A stretch of 34,849 bases of DNA from an uncultured delta proteobacterium (GTDB taxonomy: Bacteria > RBG-13-61-14 > DRUE01): NCBI GenBank assembly GCA_903897985.1, contig CAIUDS010000728.1, positions 1 through 34,849 of the forward strand, written 5' to 3'. Below are positions 1 through 9,616 of this stretch, one piece after another; the stretch's first letter is position 1; each line of letters starts with the position of its first letter. The notes under the pieces were generated by a model. The model worked only from the letters and a program-made list of their open reading frames with translations. It was not told the DNA's origin and did no database searches. The translations under genes were made by a program, and so were the position numbers.

Positions 1-750
1 CACCCCTTTGATCTCGAATAGCTTGGGCATGGGCACCGGCCCGATCTTCTTTTCCGTCTCCTTCCACCATTGGGCCCACTTGCCGTAATCGTCCCCGAAA
101 TTCTTGCCGCTGATCGTTTTCAGGGCAGTCACCGCCTCGGTCCGCTTTTGCGCCGATCCCTCCCGAAGCTTTGCCGCATCCTCCGTCGCGCCCACCTTTT
201 CCAAAGATTTTGCCGTCTTCTCCTGCTCGACCCCGTCCGAGTAATACTTGAGCAGCGCCGGGCACGCCCGCAAATCCTTGATCTGGCCCAGCGCATACAC
301 ATAATAGCTCCGGTATTTCTTGCCCTCGTCTATCACCGCCAGGCGCAACTGGTCCACCGCGGGTTGCCCGATCATGACCAGTTCGTCCGCCCAACGCTGC
401 CGGTTCTGCTCGACCATCAGCGCCTGCCCCGCCGGGCCCTTGGTATCGTCCGGCACCACCTTGTAGTCCTGATTATATTTTCCGTCCGCCGTGACCGGCT
501 TCCAATTCGCGTCCTTCACCACCACCGCGTTCGGATTCACCATCACCAGGTTCGGATCCAGGTTGATCAGGTCAATCAACTCCTTAACCCGCTTCTGGAC
601 CTCCAGCTCGACCCGCGCTTTGACCGCGGCCTCGCTGGTGGACCCGGCCGAGGGCTGGATCGCCGAACCGGCTGGAGCGGACGGCTCCGCGGCCACCAGT
701 TTAAGGCTCAGGAACATCGCGGCAATCAATAACCGTTTGCCGATCTTCAT
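1..750 (-). CDS. Hypothetical secreted protein, C-terminus cut by window edge (250 codons present)
   Basis: Absent from the ORF track because it has no stop in the window. My minus-strand translation from ATG 748-750 reads MKIGKRLLIAAMFLSLKLVAAEPSAP... (signal-peptide-like). It stays open to base 1 (...GKWAQWWKETEKKIGPVPMPKLFEIKGV). A GGGAGG RBS lies ~8 nt upstream. The + strand ORFs listed here are Arg/Leu-rich antisense shadows. Confidence 0.6.
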   Translation of the reverse strand, partial: MKIGKRLLIAAMFLSLKLVAAEPSAPAGSAIQPSAGSTSEAAVKARVELEVQKRVKELIDLINLDPNLVMVNPNAVVVKDANWKPVTADGKYNQDYKVVPDDTKGPAGQALMVEQNRQRWADELVMIGQPAVDQLRLAVIDEGKKYRSYYVYALGQIKDLRACPALLKYYSDGVEQEKTAKSLEKVGATEDAAKLREGSAQKRTEAVTALKTISGKNFGDDYGKWAQWWKETEKKIGPVPMPKLFEIKGV

Positions 751-766
751 CTTGGAAACCTCCCGG

Positions 767-970
767 TTAGATTTCTTTCTCCACCAAAAATCCCCCGGTC
801 CGAGGCTCATAGATCAGCTTATACTTCTGATTCCCCTCCCGGCCCTTGAAATGAGCCGCATTGTCAAAGTTGGTCTTGGCCTCGGTGATCAAATACTTCA
901 GGTAGTCCTTCTTGGACTTCATCATCTCCTTCAGTTCCTCTATGCCTTGTGCGTCGCCGTTAAGCTTCAT
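767..970 (-). CDS. Small hypothetical protein (67 aa)
   Basis: Track ORF with balanced Lys/Glu-rich composition and a GGGAGGG RBS upstream of the ATG. It ends 16 nt before the next minus-strand start. No family recognised. Confidence 0.5.
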   Translation of the reverse strand: MKLNGDAQGIEELKEMMKSKKDYLKYLITEAKTNFDNAAHFKGREGNQKYKLIYEPRTGGFLVEKEI

Positions 971-1072
971 GTTAGCCCTCCCGAGCCTACTTTAATTTAC
1001 CAGATTTCCCGACCTAATTGCAAGTGCAATCATAGTTCGGGGTTCGGAATTCGCAATTTTTACCGCCGCGAC

Positions 1073-1112
1073 GGTAGAGTAGGGAGGGGCTTTCGCCCCT
1101 CCCTACTCTACC
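1073..1112. repeat. Perfect 18-bp stem / 4-nt loop palindrome (REP-like)
   Basis: GGTAGAGTAGGGAGGGGC-TTTC-GCCCCTCCCTACTCTACC read directly. There is no U-run on either strand. It is surrounded by GAATTC(C/G)GA words (about 1041-1056, 1147-1164, 1198-1210). Confidence 0.8.
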
Positions 1113-1212
1113 GGATAAAAAGTTCTTGTTTGCCTAATTCCAAGCTCCGAATTCCGAATTCCGATCCTGTCCTTCCGCTCTGGGCGGATCGACAAGACCG
1201 AATTCCGATTGT

Positions 1213-2373
1213 TTATTTTTGGAGGGCGGCTTTTTTGAGAAAGGGGAAGATGAGGAGCAGGAAAATGAGGAGGGAGGCGGGATAGAGCATGGCCTGGGAG
1301 AAGCCGATTTTTTCCGCGAGGATTCCGACCGGATAGCTGCCGAGGGCCCCGCCCAGGGAGCTGAAGGCCAGGATCAGGCCGAGGCCCATGGAGACCAGGC
1401 GCGGGGGAAAACCCTCGGTATAGGACACGATCAGCGGATAGATGCCGCTCATGCCCAGGCCGAAGGCGAGATAGAGCAGTTCGCATCCGGTGCGGCCGGG
1501 TATGAGCGCGGCCGCGGCGGAACTGCCAAGCGACACCAGGGCCAGGGCGAAGAGCAAAATGCTCCGGTCAATGTGTTTGCTCATCCAGCCGAAGAGGAAT
1601 CTGCCCGCGCTCATGGCGGCCCAGATCCCGGCGAGGAGCAGACTGGCGTGTTCGATGTTTTCAGCAGGGAAGCGCTCAAGCAGGGACTTGGGGAGCCAGA
1701 CGCTGATGCCCTGCTCCGCGGCCACATAGAAGAACTGTCCGAGCAGGAGCAGGAAGAATAAGGCGCCGCTGGATTTTAAAAGCCGGGATATGCCGGCGAA
1801 ATTCATCTTCTCGATCTCGCGGATTTCCGGCGCGGGCTTGAACAGCGACCAGCAAAAAATCGCGGCCGCGCATAGGGCGAGTTGAAACAGGACCGCGGGA
1901 TAGCCGAACCTGCGGATCAGGACTCCGGCCAGGATGGGTCCGAGCGTAACCCCCAGCGAAAAAAATGCGTATAGATAGGTCACCTTCGAGCCGACCTGCT
2001 TCCCGCCCTCGCGGGTGACGATCACGCCCGGGAGCGTGAACAGCATGTTATTGACAAAGCCGGCCAGAAAGAACAGGGGCAGGAGTTGGTAATAGCCGCG
2101 GGAAAAACCGATCAGACCCAGGGCGAGCGCGGCCGCGAGCAGATCGAACAGGAAGGTTTTCCGGGTCCCAAACATCCTCACGATTTCGCTGAGGAACAAC
2201 TGGCCGAGGAATCCGCCGGCGAAAAACAGGAACGGCAAACGACCGGCCATTTCCTGGGTTAGCGAAAATTTTGTGATGAGGGAATCGAGGATGGGCCCGG
2301 GAAAGATGAGGATCATTCCGGAGAGGAACATCACCGGATAAAGCGGGGCTGCGGAAAATTTTTGTTCTGCCAT
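1213..2373 (-). CDS. MFS transporter
   Basis: Track ORF 1213..2586 trimmed to the in-frame ATG at 2371-2373 (MAEQKFSAAPLYPVMFLSGM...). About 12 hydrophobic segments and G/A/L/F-rich helices are typical of the major facilitator superfamily. The upstream 71 codons are Arg/Pro-rich and non-coding-like. Confidence 0.75.
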   Translation of the reverse strand: MAEQKFSAAPLYPVMFLSGMILIFPGPILDSLITKFSLTQEMAGRLPFLFFAGGFLGQLFLSEIVRMFGTRKTFLFDLLAAALALGLIGFSRGYYQLLPLFFLAGFVNNMLFTLPGVIVTREGGKQVGSKVTYLYAFFSLGVTLGPILAGVLIRRFGYPAVLFQLALCAAAIFCWSLFKPAPEIREIEKMNFAGISRLLKSSGALFFLLLLGQFFYVAAEQGISVWLPKSLLERFPAENIEHASLLLAGIWAAMSAGRFLFGWMSKHIDRSILLFALALVSLGSSAAAALIPGRTGCELLYLAFGLGMSGIYPLIVSYTEGFPPRLVSMGLGLILAFSSLGGALGSYPVGILAEKIGFSQAMLYPASLLIFLLLIFPFLKKAALQK

Positions 2374-2460
2374 GTTCAGCGGGCATATTCTACTTGAAAT
2401 CCGCCGCGCCTCCAACGGCCGCGTTTTGAAATCCGGGCATGGTCTGCTAAAATTTGAGGG

Positions 2461-2838
2461 ATGGGATTCCGATTGAAGAATATTGTGGATGGCACCGCGT
2501 ATCCGCTGACCGGCTTGCTCAAGCAGGTGGGGCGGGGCCATGACTGCGACATTGTGCTCTCCGACCTGAAGGTGTCGCGGCTGCATGCGCGGCTGGAAAA
2601 GGCGCAGACGGGCTGGGCGGTGGTTGATTTGGAAAGCACCAACGGCACGATGGTGAATGGAACGCGGGTCAAGGAGAAATTGCTGGCGCCGGGGGATGTG
2701 ATCGGCTGGGGCTCGTTCAGCTTCAAGTTCGAGGAAACCGATGAGAGCGACCCTGCGGACGAGGCGACGCGGGTGGAGGAAAAAGCGGAGAGCACCGGGT
2801 TGTTTGGGAGGCTTAGCTTCTGGAAAAGGAAGCGATGA
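2461..2838 (+). CDS. FHA domain-containing protein
   Basis: The segment VGRGHDCDIVLSDLKVSRLHARLEKAQTGWAVVDLESTNGTMVNG matches the FHA core pattern (G-R ... S-R-x-H ... S-x-N-G-T). The stop overlaps the next start (ATGA). Confidence 0.85.
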   Translation: MGFRLKNIVDGTAYPLTGLLKQVGRGHDCDIVLSDLKVSRLHARLEKAQTGWAVVDLESTNGTMVNGTRVKEKLLAPGDVIGWGSFSFKFEETDESDPADEATRVEEKAESTGLFGRLSFWKRKR

Positions 2839-4919
2839 GAAAAGCCGTTCTTGCTTTGATCCTGTTCCCGTTTTACGCGCTGGCGGCCGAATTCTCGATC
2901 ACGCCGGTCCGTTACCTGGTTTATGAAAAAAACTGGGCCGCGCTCGAACAGAAACTTGCATCCGGTGAAATCGCTTTCCCCACGAAGAACCAGGCTTATT
3001 CGGATTTCCTGCTCGGATACAGCCGGCTCAAACAGGGCAAAAGCCGCGAAGCCTTGAGCCCGCTGAGCAAGGCCGTGGAATCCAGCTTCCCCCTCAACAG
3101 TTACGCGCATTATTATCTGGGAAAAGCGTTAGCGGACATCCAACAAGGCTCTTCGGCCCAGGCGCACTTTGCGCAAGCGGCCCCCTCCGATTACATTTAT
3201 TTCTCGGCCCGGTTGAGCCTGATTGAGAGTTATCTGAAAGCGAAAAAGATCGAAGAGGCCGGAGCGGAAATCTCGCGGCTCCGCTCGAACCAGCTTCCGG
3301 ATGGCTTTTACCCGGATTTCCTGCTCCTGGAATCGAAATTCTACGAACTCCAAAACCAGCCGGAAAACGCCCGGCAAAAACTGGTCGAGTTGTGGGTGAA
3401 TTACCCGGTCAGCTTTGCGGCCCGAAAAATCGAGACGGGACCGGAACTGAGTCCGGAGCTGGTATTGGTCCGGGCGGCCAAGTTGGTGGATTTGGGTCAG
3501 CCGGGATTGGCCAAGCAGGAGTTGAAGGAGCTCAAGGACCCGGCCTTGAAAGGCAATGCGGATTTTCTCGCAAGGTATTACGGCCTGCTGGCCCGCGCGA
3601 GTTTTGGGTCGCGCGACTACTGGGGAGTGCTCGGGTTGGAAGCGGAAGCGGAAAAATACACGCGCGGGAGCGATGAGTTCTGTTTTTATCTGGCGTGGTC
3701 CTGCCACCGGCTGGGAAAGGACGACCGGGCGCGCGAGCTTTATAAGAATTTCCATGAAAAGTTCCGGGATTCCGTTTATGCCCCGCGCGCCATTTACCAA
3801 CTCGCCCGGCTGGAGCAGTCCCAGGGGAATCTGCGCGCGGCTCTGGCTCATTTCCGAGGAGTGGCAAAGCGGTACCCGCTGAACGAGCTGGCAGAGGAAT
3901 CCGCGTTTCAGGCCGGCCTGATTTATTTCCGGGAGGGCAATTTTGACGAGGCCGCGGAAACCTTCAACCAAGCCATCCCCGCGTGCAAGAATCCGGACCA
4001 GTTCCTCTATTGGCTGGCCAAGGCCTGCGAGCGGAACGAGGAACCGGAAAAAGCCGCGCAGTTCCGCAGGCAGCTCCTGGACAATTTCCCGGCCAGCGTT
4101 TACGCCTGGCTGATTGACCCGCAACCCGCGCCATGGGGCAGCTCCAAACTTGTCCGGCCCGCCGGCGCCCCCGAGTTGCCGCCGGAGTTTCAAACCGCTC
4201 TGGCCCTAGCCGATCTGGGGTTGCTCCAACTGGCCGGGGATGAACTGCAATGGCAGCTCGGCAAGAACTCGTATCCGCTCCCGGTCCTGACCGGCCTGGC
4301 TGACCGGCTGATGGAGTTGCAGGCCTATCCCCTGCTCACCAAGCTTTACTACCGGCAACTGCTTCCGGGACTCGCGTCCGAAATGAAAATGTCCTACCTG
4401 ACCTTCCTCTATCCCAAGGCTTTTCCAGAACTGGTCGAGCCCCGCGCGGAAAAATATCACCTTGACCCCGCGCTCGCTTACGCGCTCACGCGCGCCGAAA
4501 GCAATTTCGATCCTTCCGCCATTTCCTCCGCCGGCGCCGTCGGTCTCTCCCAGGTCATGCCTTTCCTTGCCGACGCCACCATGCGCAAAATGGGCCGGGC
4601 CAAGGTTGACCGCGGTCAATACCACAATCCCGAGTTGAACCTCGAAATCGGATTTTATCATCTGGCCGAACTGCAAAGCCGTTATCAGGAATCCGGCCCG
4701 CCGCCCTGGCCCACATTCCTCATGCTCTGCGCTTACAACGCCGGAACCCAGCCGGTGAACCAATGGTTTTCCGACGCCGGCCGATGGGCCATGGAACCGG
4801 ACCTGTGGATGGAAACCTTGGCCTATTCGGAAACCAAGAACTATTTGAAAACAATCATGGGCGGAATCCGCATCTACCGCCTGCTTTATCCCGAGCCGGC
4901 GCCCATGCCGAATTTTTAA
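2835..4919 (+). CDS. Soluble lytic murein transglycosylase (Slt-like, helical-repeat N-terminus + SLT domain)
   Basis: N-terminal signal peptide and a long TPR-like helical region. The C-terminus carries the SLT catalytic motif TRAESNFDPSAISSAGAVGLSQVMP and a later AYNAG. Confidence 0.85.
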   Translation: MRKAVLALILFPFYALAAEFSITPVRYLVYEKNWAALEQKLASGEIAFPTKNQAYSDFLLGYSRLKQGKSREALSPLSKAVESSFPLNSYAHYYLGKALADIQQGSSAQAHFAQAAPSDYIYFSARLSLIESYLKAKKIEEAGAEISRLRSNQLPDGFYPDFLLLESKFYELQNQPENARQKLVELWVNYPVSFAARKIETGPELSPELVLVRAAKLVDLGQPGLAKQELKELKDPALKGNADFLARYYGLLARASFGSRDYWGVLGLEAEAEKYTRGSDEFCFYLAWSCHRLGKDDRARELYKNFHEKFRDSVYAPRAIYQLARLEQSQGNLRAALAHFRGVAKRYPLNELAEESAFQAGLIYFREGNFDEAAETFNQAIPACKNPDQFLYWLAKACERNEEPEKAAQFRRQLLDNFPASVYAWLIDPQPAPWGSSKLVRPAGAPELPPEFQTALALADLGLLQLAGDELQWQLGKNSYPLPVLTGLADRLMELQAYPLLTKLYYRQLLPGLASEMKMSYLTFLYPKAFPELVEPRAEKYHLDPALAYALTRAESNFDPSAISSAGAVGLSQVMPFLADATMRKMGRAKVDRGQYHNPELNLEIGFYHLAELQSRYQESGPPPWPTFLMLCAYNAGTQPVNQWFSDAGRWAMEPDLWMETLAYSETKNYLKTIMGGIRIYRLLYPEPAPMPNF

Positions 4920-4953
4920 TCCAAGTAAAATCTCATCGTAAAAAAAGCCGGGA

Positions 4954-5775
4954 TTATTTCTGGCAGGCAGGACAGAAGAAGCTGCTGCGGTTGCCGATGG
5001 TAATGCGGACGATTTTGCCACCGCATCGCTTGCAGCGCTCCCCTTCCCTGCCATAAACCAGCGGCCGGTAGTCCCCGCGACGGCCGAAGCTCGTCCGGTA
5101 ATCGCTGAAAGTGGTGCCCATGTTTTTGATGGCCTTTTTCAGGACTTGCTTGATCGCGGTTACAAGTTTCTTTATTTCGGCGGGACGGATGCGCCCGGCC
5201 GAACGGCGAGGAGAAATCCGGGCGCGGAAAAGGGCCTCGTCGGAATAGATGTTTCCGACTCCCGCGGCGATGGCTTGGTCCATCAGGACGGATTTGATGG
5301 TGGTTTTGCGGCCGGAGAATTTTTCTTTGAGCCAGGCGTAATTGAAATCCTTGCTCAAAGGCTCCGGCCCCAGGCAGGTCAAGCCCGCGAGCCGGCAAGT
5401 TCCGGCTTCGCGGATCAGCCCCACCCTTCCGAACATGCGAGGATCGCGCAAGGTCAGTTTGAAGCCGCGGAAGAAGATTTCGAGGTGGGTGTGCCGGTCG
5501 CGCTTTTGGTCTTTGGACCGGACCAGAAGAGTGCCGGTCATGCCCAGATGGATTATAAGGACATGGTTGCCGCTCATTTCGAGCAAGAGATATTTGCCCT
5601 TGCGGCTCACCTTCCGGATGGTTTTCTTTGGCAGTAGCGGCAGCAGCCGGTTCTTTTCAGGAAAATCGCGGAAGACCAGGGAATCCCGGTTCCACCAAAT
5701 CTTCTCAATCCTTTTGCCGGCGAGCCGAGACTCGAGTTCCCGACGCACCGTTTCAACTTCAGGCAGTTCCGGCAT
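4954..5775 (-). CDS. mutM: Formamidopyrimidine-DNA glycosylase
   Basis: Track ORF trimmed to ATG 5773-5775. It has the canonical N-terminus MPELPEVETVRRELE and a C-terminal zinc finger CKRCGGKI...FFCPACQ. Confidence 0.9.
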   Translation of the reverse strand: MPELPEVETVRRELESRLAGKRIEKIWWNRDSLVFRDFPEKNRLLPLLPKKTIRKVSRKGKYLLLEMSGNHVLIIHLGMTGTLLVRSKDQKRDRHTHLEIFFRGFKLTLRDPRMFGRVGLIREAGTCRLAGLTCLGPEPLSKDFNYAWLKEKFSGRKTTIKSVLMDQAIAAGVGNIYSDEALFRARISPRRSAGRIRPAEIKKLVTAIKQVLKKAIKNMGTTFSDYRTSFGRRGDYRPLVYGREGERCKRCGGKIVRITIGNRSSFFCPACQK

Positions 5776-6613
5776 GTTGCTCCTTTTCCTGATGATAGAT
5801 ATTCGCCAGCTTGACCAGCCGCTCGAGTTCGATTTCCTCCGCCCGCGAGCGGGGACTGATCCCGGCGCGTTCCAGCAATTCCTCAAGTTTGTCCTTTTCC
5901 AAGGCCAGGCTCGATCCGGTCAACGAATTGATAATCATCTTTCTCCGCTGCCGGAAACAGGCTTTAACCACCTTCTTGAAATGCGCATAATCGGATACGG
6001 CAAAGCGGGGTTGCTCCAGAACCTTGAACTTGACCAAAGCCGAGTCAACCTTGGGCCGGGGCCGGAAGGCCTGCGGACCGATCCGCAAAATAATTTCCGG
6101 CTCGGAATGAAGCTGGGCGATGACCGACAGGATCCCATAATCCCGGGAGTGCGGCTTGGCCACCACCCGCTCGGCAACCTCCTTTTGCAGCATCAGATAA
6201 AGCTCGCTGAAGAATCCCGGACTCTCCAGCACCTTAAAAATTACTTGGGTGGAAATGTTATACGGTAGGTTAGAAATTACTTTAAGTTTTTTGTCTAACA
6301 CTCCAATTTCATTAAAGTTAAACTCCAAGATGTCCACCTCGATCACATCCAGATTTTGAGCCCAGATTTTGTATTTGAGTTGATGAGCCAAGGCTGAATC
6401 CAGTTCCACGGCAAAGACTTTTCTCGCGTTTTTGACCAGGTATTTGGTGAGGTTTCCCAAGCCCGGCCCGATTTCCAGGACTTGGTCGTCGGGTCCGACC
6501 TTTGCCAGGCTGACAATTTTTTGCAGAAGGTTTTCATCAACCAGGAAATTTTGGCCCAGGCTTTTCTTGCTCCGATGTCCGAAGCTTGGGAACGGTTTTC
6601 CGTTTGGATTCAT
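5759..6613 (-). CDS. rsmA: 16S rRNA (adenine1518/1519-N6)-dimethyltransferase
   Basis: KKSLGQNFLVDENLLQKIV and VLEIGPGLGNLT (SAM-binding) motifs. The 3' end overlaps the mutM start by 17 nt. Confidence 0.9.
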   Translation of the reverse strand: MNPNGKPFPSFGHRSKKSLGQNFLVDENLLQKIVSLAKVGPDDQVLEIGPGLGNLTKYLVKNARKVFAVELDSALAHQLKYKIWAQNLDVIEVDILEFNFNEIGVLDKKLKVISNLPYNISTQVIFKVLESPGFFSELYLMLQKEVAERVVAKPHSRDYGILSVIAQLHSEPEIILRIGPQAFRPRPKVDSALVKFKVLEQPRFAVSDYAHFKKVVKACFRQRRKMIINSLTGSSLALEKDKLEELLERAGISPRSRAEEIELERLVKLANIYHQEKEQHAGTA

Positions 6614-7614
6614 TTCCAGTTTTCCAGGGGCAGCACGGCCCGGGCATCCAGGGTCAGGGCATCCTTGAGCCCGCGTTTCAGTTTTTCCTCGCCCACCAGC
6701 GCGATCATTCCGGCATTGTCCGTGCAGAGCCGGAAGGACGGGATGGAAACGGAAATTCCCTTTTTCCGGGCAAGCTCTTCGCAGGCCGAGCGGAGCCGCT
6801 GGTTCGCGGCCACGCCGCCGCTCAAGACCATGCTCTTGATCTTGAATTTGTCAATGGCGAAATCGGTTTTCTGGACCAAAGCTTTGACCACGGCCTCTTG
6901 AAAGCCGGCGGCCAGGTCCGGCAAATGGTCCTTGCTCTCGGGATGTTCCTTGACATAACGGACCAACGCGGTCTTGAGGCCCGAGAAACTCAGGTCCAAC
7001 TCGCTATGCTTGGTGAAGGCGATCGGGAACCGGATGGCCTTGGGATTGCCCTGTTTCGAGACGCGGTCAATTTCCTTGCCGCCCGGGTAGGGCAGTCCGA
7101 GCACCTTGGCGGCCTTGTCCAGGGCCTCGCCCGCGGCATCGTCCAGGGTCTGGCCGAGCATTTTATACCGGCCCCAGTCCTCGGCCAGGCAAAGGATGGT
7201 GTGGCCGCCGCTGGCGATGAGACCGAGGAACGGGAACTGCATCTGCGGGTTCTCAAGAAAAACCGACAACAGATGTCCTTCCAAATGATTCACGCCCGAG
7301 AGCGGTAACTGGCGGCTCCAGGGAAGCGCCTTGGCAAAACCCAATCCGACCAGCAGACACACCACCAGCCCCGGACCCTTGGTAACGGCCACGGCTTCAA
7401 CCTGGTCCATCTTGATTCCGGCCTGGCTAAGGGCTGATTCCACCACGCCGGAAATAACTTCGAGATGCCGCCTGCCTGCCAGTTCCGGCACCACCCCGCC
7501 GAACTTCTTATGGATCTCGTCCTGACTGGCGATGATGTTGGAAAGGAGTTTCCGATCGGAAACCACCGCGGCCGAAGTTTCATCGCAACTGGTCTCTATG
7601 CCCAGGGTCAGCAT
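6610..7614 (-). CDS. tsaD: tRNA N6-adenosine threonylcarbamoyltransferase
   Basis: MLTLGIETSCDETSAAVV N-terminus, HLEGHL and SGGVAANQRLR motifs of the Kae1/TsaD family. 4-nt overlap with rsmA. Confidence 0.9.
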   Translation of the reverse strand: MLTLGIETSCDETSAAVVSDRKLLSNIIASQDEIHKKFGGVVPELAGRRHLEVISGVVESALSQAGIKMDQVEAVAVTKGPGLVVCLLVGLGFAKALPWSRQLPLSGVNHLEGHLLSVFLENPQMQFPFLGLIASGGHTILCLAEDWGRYKMLGQTLDDAAGEALDKAAKVLGLPYPGGKEIDRVSKQGNPKAIRFPIAFTKHSELDLSFSGLKTALVRYVKEHPESKDHLPDLAAGFQEAVVKALVQKTDFAIDKFKIKSMVLSGGVAANQRLRSACEELARKKGISVSIPSFRLCTDNAGMIALVGEEKLKRGLKDALTLDARAVLPLENWK

Positions 7615-7667
7615 TGCAGATAAGATAACAAATCGTGCAGGTTAGTAAAGCCGGCCCCAAGACCTGA

Positions 7668-8093
7668 TTATTTGGCCTTGGTCAATTCTTCCCCGCCCAG
7701 GTTCAGGCGCCGGCCTTTTCTCACGAACTCCATCTCGCGCTCGATGGACAAGCGGGCGAACATGCCCACCAGCCCGCCGCCTTTGGAATTGAGGTTCAGT
7801 TTGTGCCGGGGACTAAGGACGCAATTGATCGTGGTGTCGCAGAGTTTGGTGACCGTATAGTCCCCCTTCATAATCTCCGCGCACCTTTGCGTGTCATTTT
7901 CCATGCCTTCTTTTTCCGATTTCTTGTCCTTGCACATCTCAATCGAAAATTCCTTCAACTCACTGAAATGGAACCGTTTGAACCGGCCGTCCTCGCCCGG
8001 AGCCCCGTCCCAGGTCCCCACGATGTTTCCGCTTACGCAGGAGAAACCTGAAATCGCCAACAATGCCAACGCCAGCAGGATTCTCTTGTTCAT
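7668..8093 (-). CDS. Hypothetical lipoprotein / secreted protein
   Basis: The MNKRILLALALLAISGFSC signal resembles a lipobox. Cys-rich, with no family recognised. It begins 1 nt after the mog stop. Confidence 0.6.
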   Translation of the reverse strand: MNKRILLALALLAISGFSCVSGNIVGTWDGAPGEDGRFKRFHFSELKEFSIEMCKDKKSEKEGMENDTQRCAEIMKGDYTVTKLCDTTINCVLSPRHKLNLNSKGGGLVGMFARLSIEREMEFVRKGRRLNLGGEELTKAK

Positions 8094-8094
8094 T

Positions 8095-8643
8095 TTATTC
8101 CCCTTCCCTTTTCAAAGTTTGATGCTTGCCGGCCGAATCCGCGGCGCACTCGGACGCGGTCCCTCTCAGGATTTCCACCGCGTGCGGCAGCGTTTCCATT
8201 ATGGCTTCGAGGCTTTCGCGCGCGCCCTTTTCGCTGCCGGGCAGGTTGATGATCAGGGTGCATTTGCGGATGCCGGAAACGGCGCGGCTGAGCATGGCCC
8301 GGGGAGTTTTCTTCAGACCGGCCAGGCGGATGGCCTCGCTGATGCCCGGGGTCTCGCGCTCGATCACGGCTTTGGTCGCCTCGGGGGTGTGGTCGCGGGG
8401 ACTGAACCCGGTGCCGCCGGTGGTGAGGATCAGGTCCAGACCGTAATCGCTCCATTCCGTGAGCGCCCGTTTAATATCCTCCGGCTCGTCCGGCGCCACC
8501 CGGTAGGCCGAGACCACGGCGCCGATCCCGCTCAGGAGTTCGCGGATCGCGGCTCCGCTCTTGTCCTCGCGCTCCCCCCGCGAGCCCTTGTCGCTCACAG
8601 TCAGGATTCCAACTTTGATGCCCGCCCCTTCGCTCTCTTTCAT
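8095..8643 (-). CDS. mog: Molybdopterin adenylyltransferase, MogA/MoaB family
   Basis: Track ORF trimmed to ATG 8641-8643 (MKESEGAGIKVGILTVSDKGSRGEREDKSG...). It carries the TTGGTGFSPRD motif typical of the MoaB/Mog fold. Confidence 0.85.
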   Translation of the reverse strand: MKESEGAGIKVGILTVSDKGSRGEREDKSGAAIRELLSGIGAVVSAYRVAPDEPEDIKRALTEWSDYGLDLILTTGGTGFSPRDHTPEATKAVIERETPGISEAIRLAGLKKTPRAMLSRAVSGIRKCTLIINLPGSEKGARESLEAIMETLPHAVEILRGTASECAADSAGKHQTLKREGE

Positions 8644-8644
8644 C

Positions 8645-9616
8645 TCAGCCCCCGATCCGGAACATTTCGCTGGATGCCTCTTGCAGGTCTCCGCGCTCCC
8701 ATCTCGATTTTCTCCCCAGTGCCTCTCTGATAATTTGGTCGAGGCGAGCCTCGTCAGCCTTATTTTCCCGCAATTCCCTGCGCAGATCAATCTCGCCGCG
8801 CTCGAACAGGCAGATGCGGAGCTTGCCCTCGGGCCCGAGCCGGAGCCGCTGGCAGCCGGCACAAAATTTTTCCGAGACCGGCGTGATCAAACCGATGGTC
8901 GCCCCGGACGCGGTTGAATATATTTTCGCCACCCCCGGCTCGTCCGGGGAGCGCGTAAGCGGCCCGAATTCCGCTTCAATTATTTTTCTGATTTCCTCGC
9001 CGCTCACCAGGAGCGACCGGTCCCATTTCCCGATCTCCTTGCAGCCCGGGCTCAAGCCGCTCGTGGGCATGAGCTCGATGAACCGGACCTCGATGCCTTC
9101 GCTTTGCCCGAACCGGACAAAGTCCATGACCTCGTCGTCATTGACTCCCCGGATGATCACGGTATTGATCTTCAAAGGTGTCAGCCCGGCTTTGCGGCTG
9201 CTCTCGAGCGCGCTAAAAACCTGTTCCAGTCCGGGCCGCCGGGTGATCCGCTCGAAGCGCTCCGCCTTCAAGGTATCAAGGCTGATGGTTACTCGTTTCA
9301 AGCCCGCGGCTTTGAGCGCGGAGGCGGACTGCGCAAGCAAAAGACCGTTGGTGGTGAGCGCAAGGTCTTCCGGACCGAGCGCCGCGAGTTTCTCGATCAG
9401 GCCGGTCAAGCCTTTCCTCACCAGGGGCTCGCCGCCGGTGATGCGGAACCTGTTAATCCCGGCCATGAGCGCTCCGGCTGCGACCTGTTCGATTTCCTCG
9501 TAACTCAGCATTTCCTCATGCGGGCAGAGTTTGACCCCGGCCTCGGGCATGCAGTAGATGCAGCGGAGGTTGCACCGGTCGGTGACGGAAATCCTGAGCA
9601 CCTTACGGTTTTTCAA
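8645..9616 (-). CDS. moaA: GTP 3',8-cyclase (radical SAM)
   Basis: LRISVTDRCNLRCIYCMPE radical-SAM cluster motif and a C-terminal ...FRIGG. The start is uncertain. The track ATG at 9697 would overlap the upstream gene by 95 nt. In-frame TTG 9616 or GTG 9601 give a normal-length N-terminus. Confidence 0.85.
   Translation of the reverse strand: MKNRKVLRISVTDRCNLRCIYCMPEAGVKLCPHEEMLSYEEIEQVAAGALMAGINRFRITGGEPLVRKGLTGLIEKLAALGPEDLALTTNGLLLAQSASALKAAGLKRVTISLDTLKAERFERITRRPGLEQVFSALESSRKAGLTPLKINTVIIRGVNDDEVMDFVRFGQSEGIEVRFIELMPTSGLSPGCKEIGKWDRSLLVSGEEIRKIIEAEFGPLTRSPDEPGVAKIYSTASGATIGLITPVSEKFCAGCQRLRLGPEGKLRICLFERGEIDLRRELRENKADEARLDQIIREALGRKSRWERGDLQEASSEMFRIGG

Noticed and set aside
70-1285. 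Long + strand ORFs (70..732, 491..1285) and similar large antisense ORFs elsewhere (3129..4193, 4206..5054, 10684..11583, 11870..12763, 13389..14276, 19056..20102, 20402..21688, 22085..22981, 26610..28424).
   Set aside because: Their translations are Arg/Pro/Gly/Leu-rich low-complexity strings with no motifs. Each lies opposite a gene with clear family signatures. This is the typical shadow-ORF pattern in GC-rich DNA.
2374-2586. 5' extensions of track ORFs: MFS to 2586, mutM to 5886, mog to 8862, moeA to 11805, tupA to 14429, porin to 20264, SDR to 26706, HEPN from 23127.
   Set aside because: The extensions are compositionally non-coding or overlap upstream genes and regulatory RNA. Internal ATGs are preceded by RBS-like sequences and give canonical N-termini (for example MPELPEVETV for MutM).
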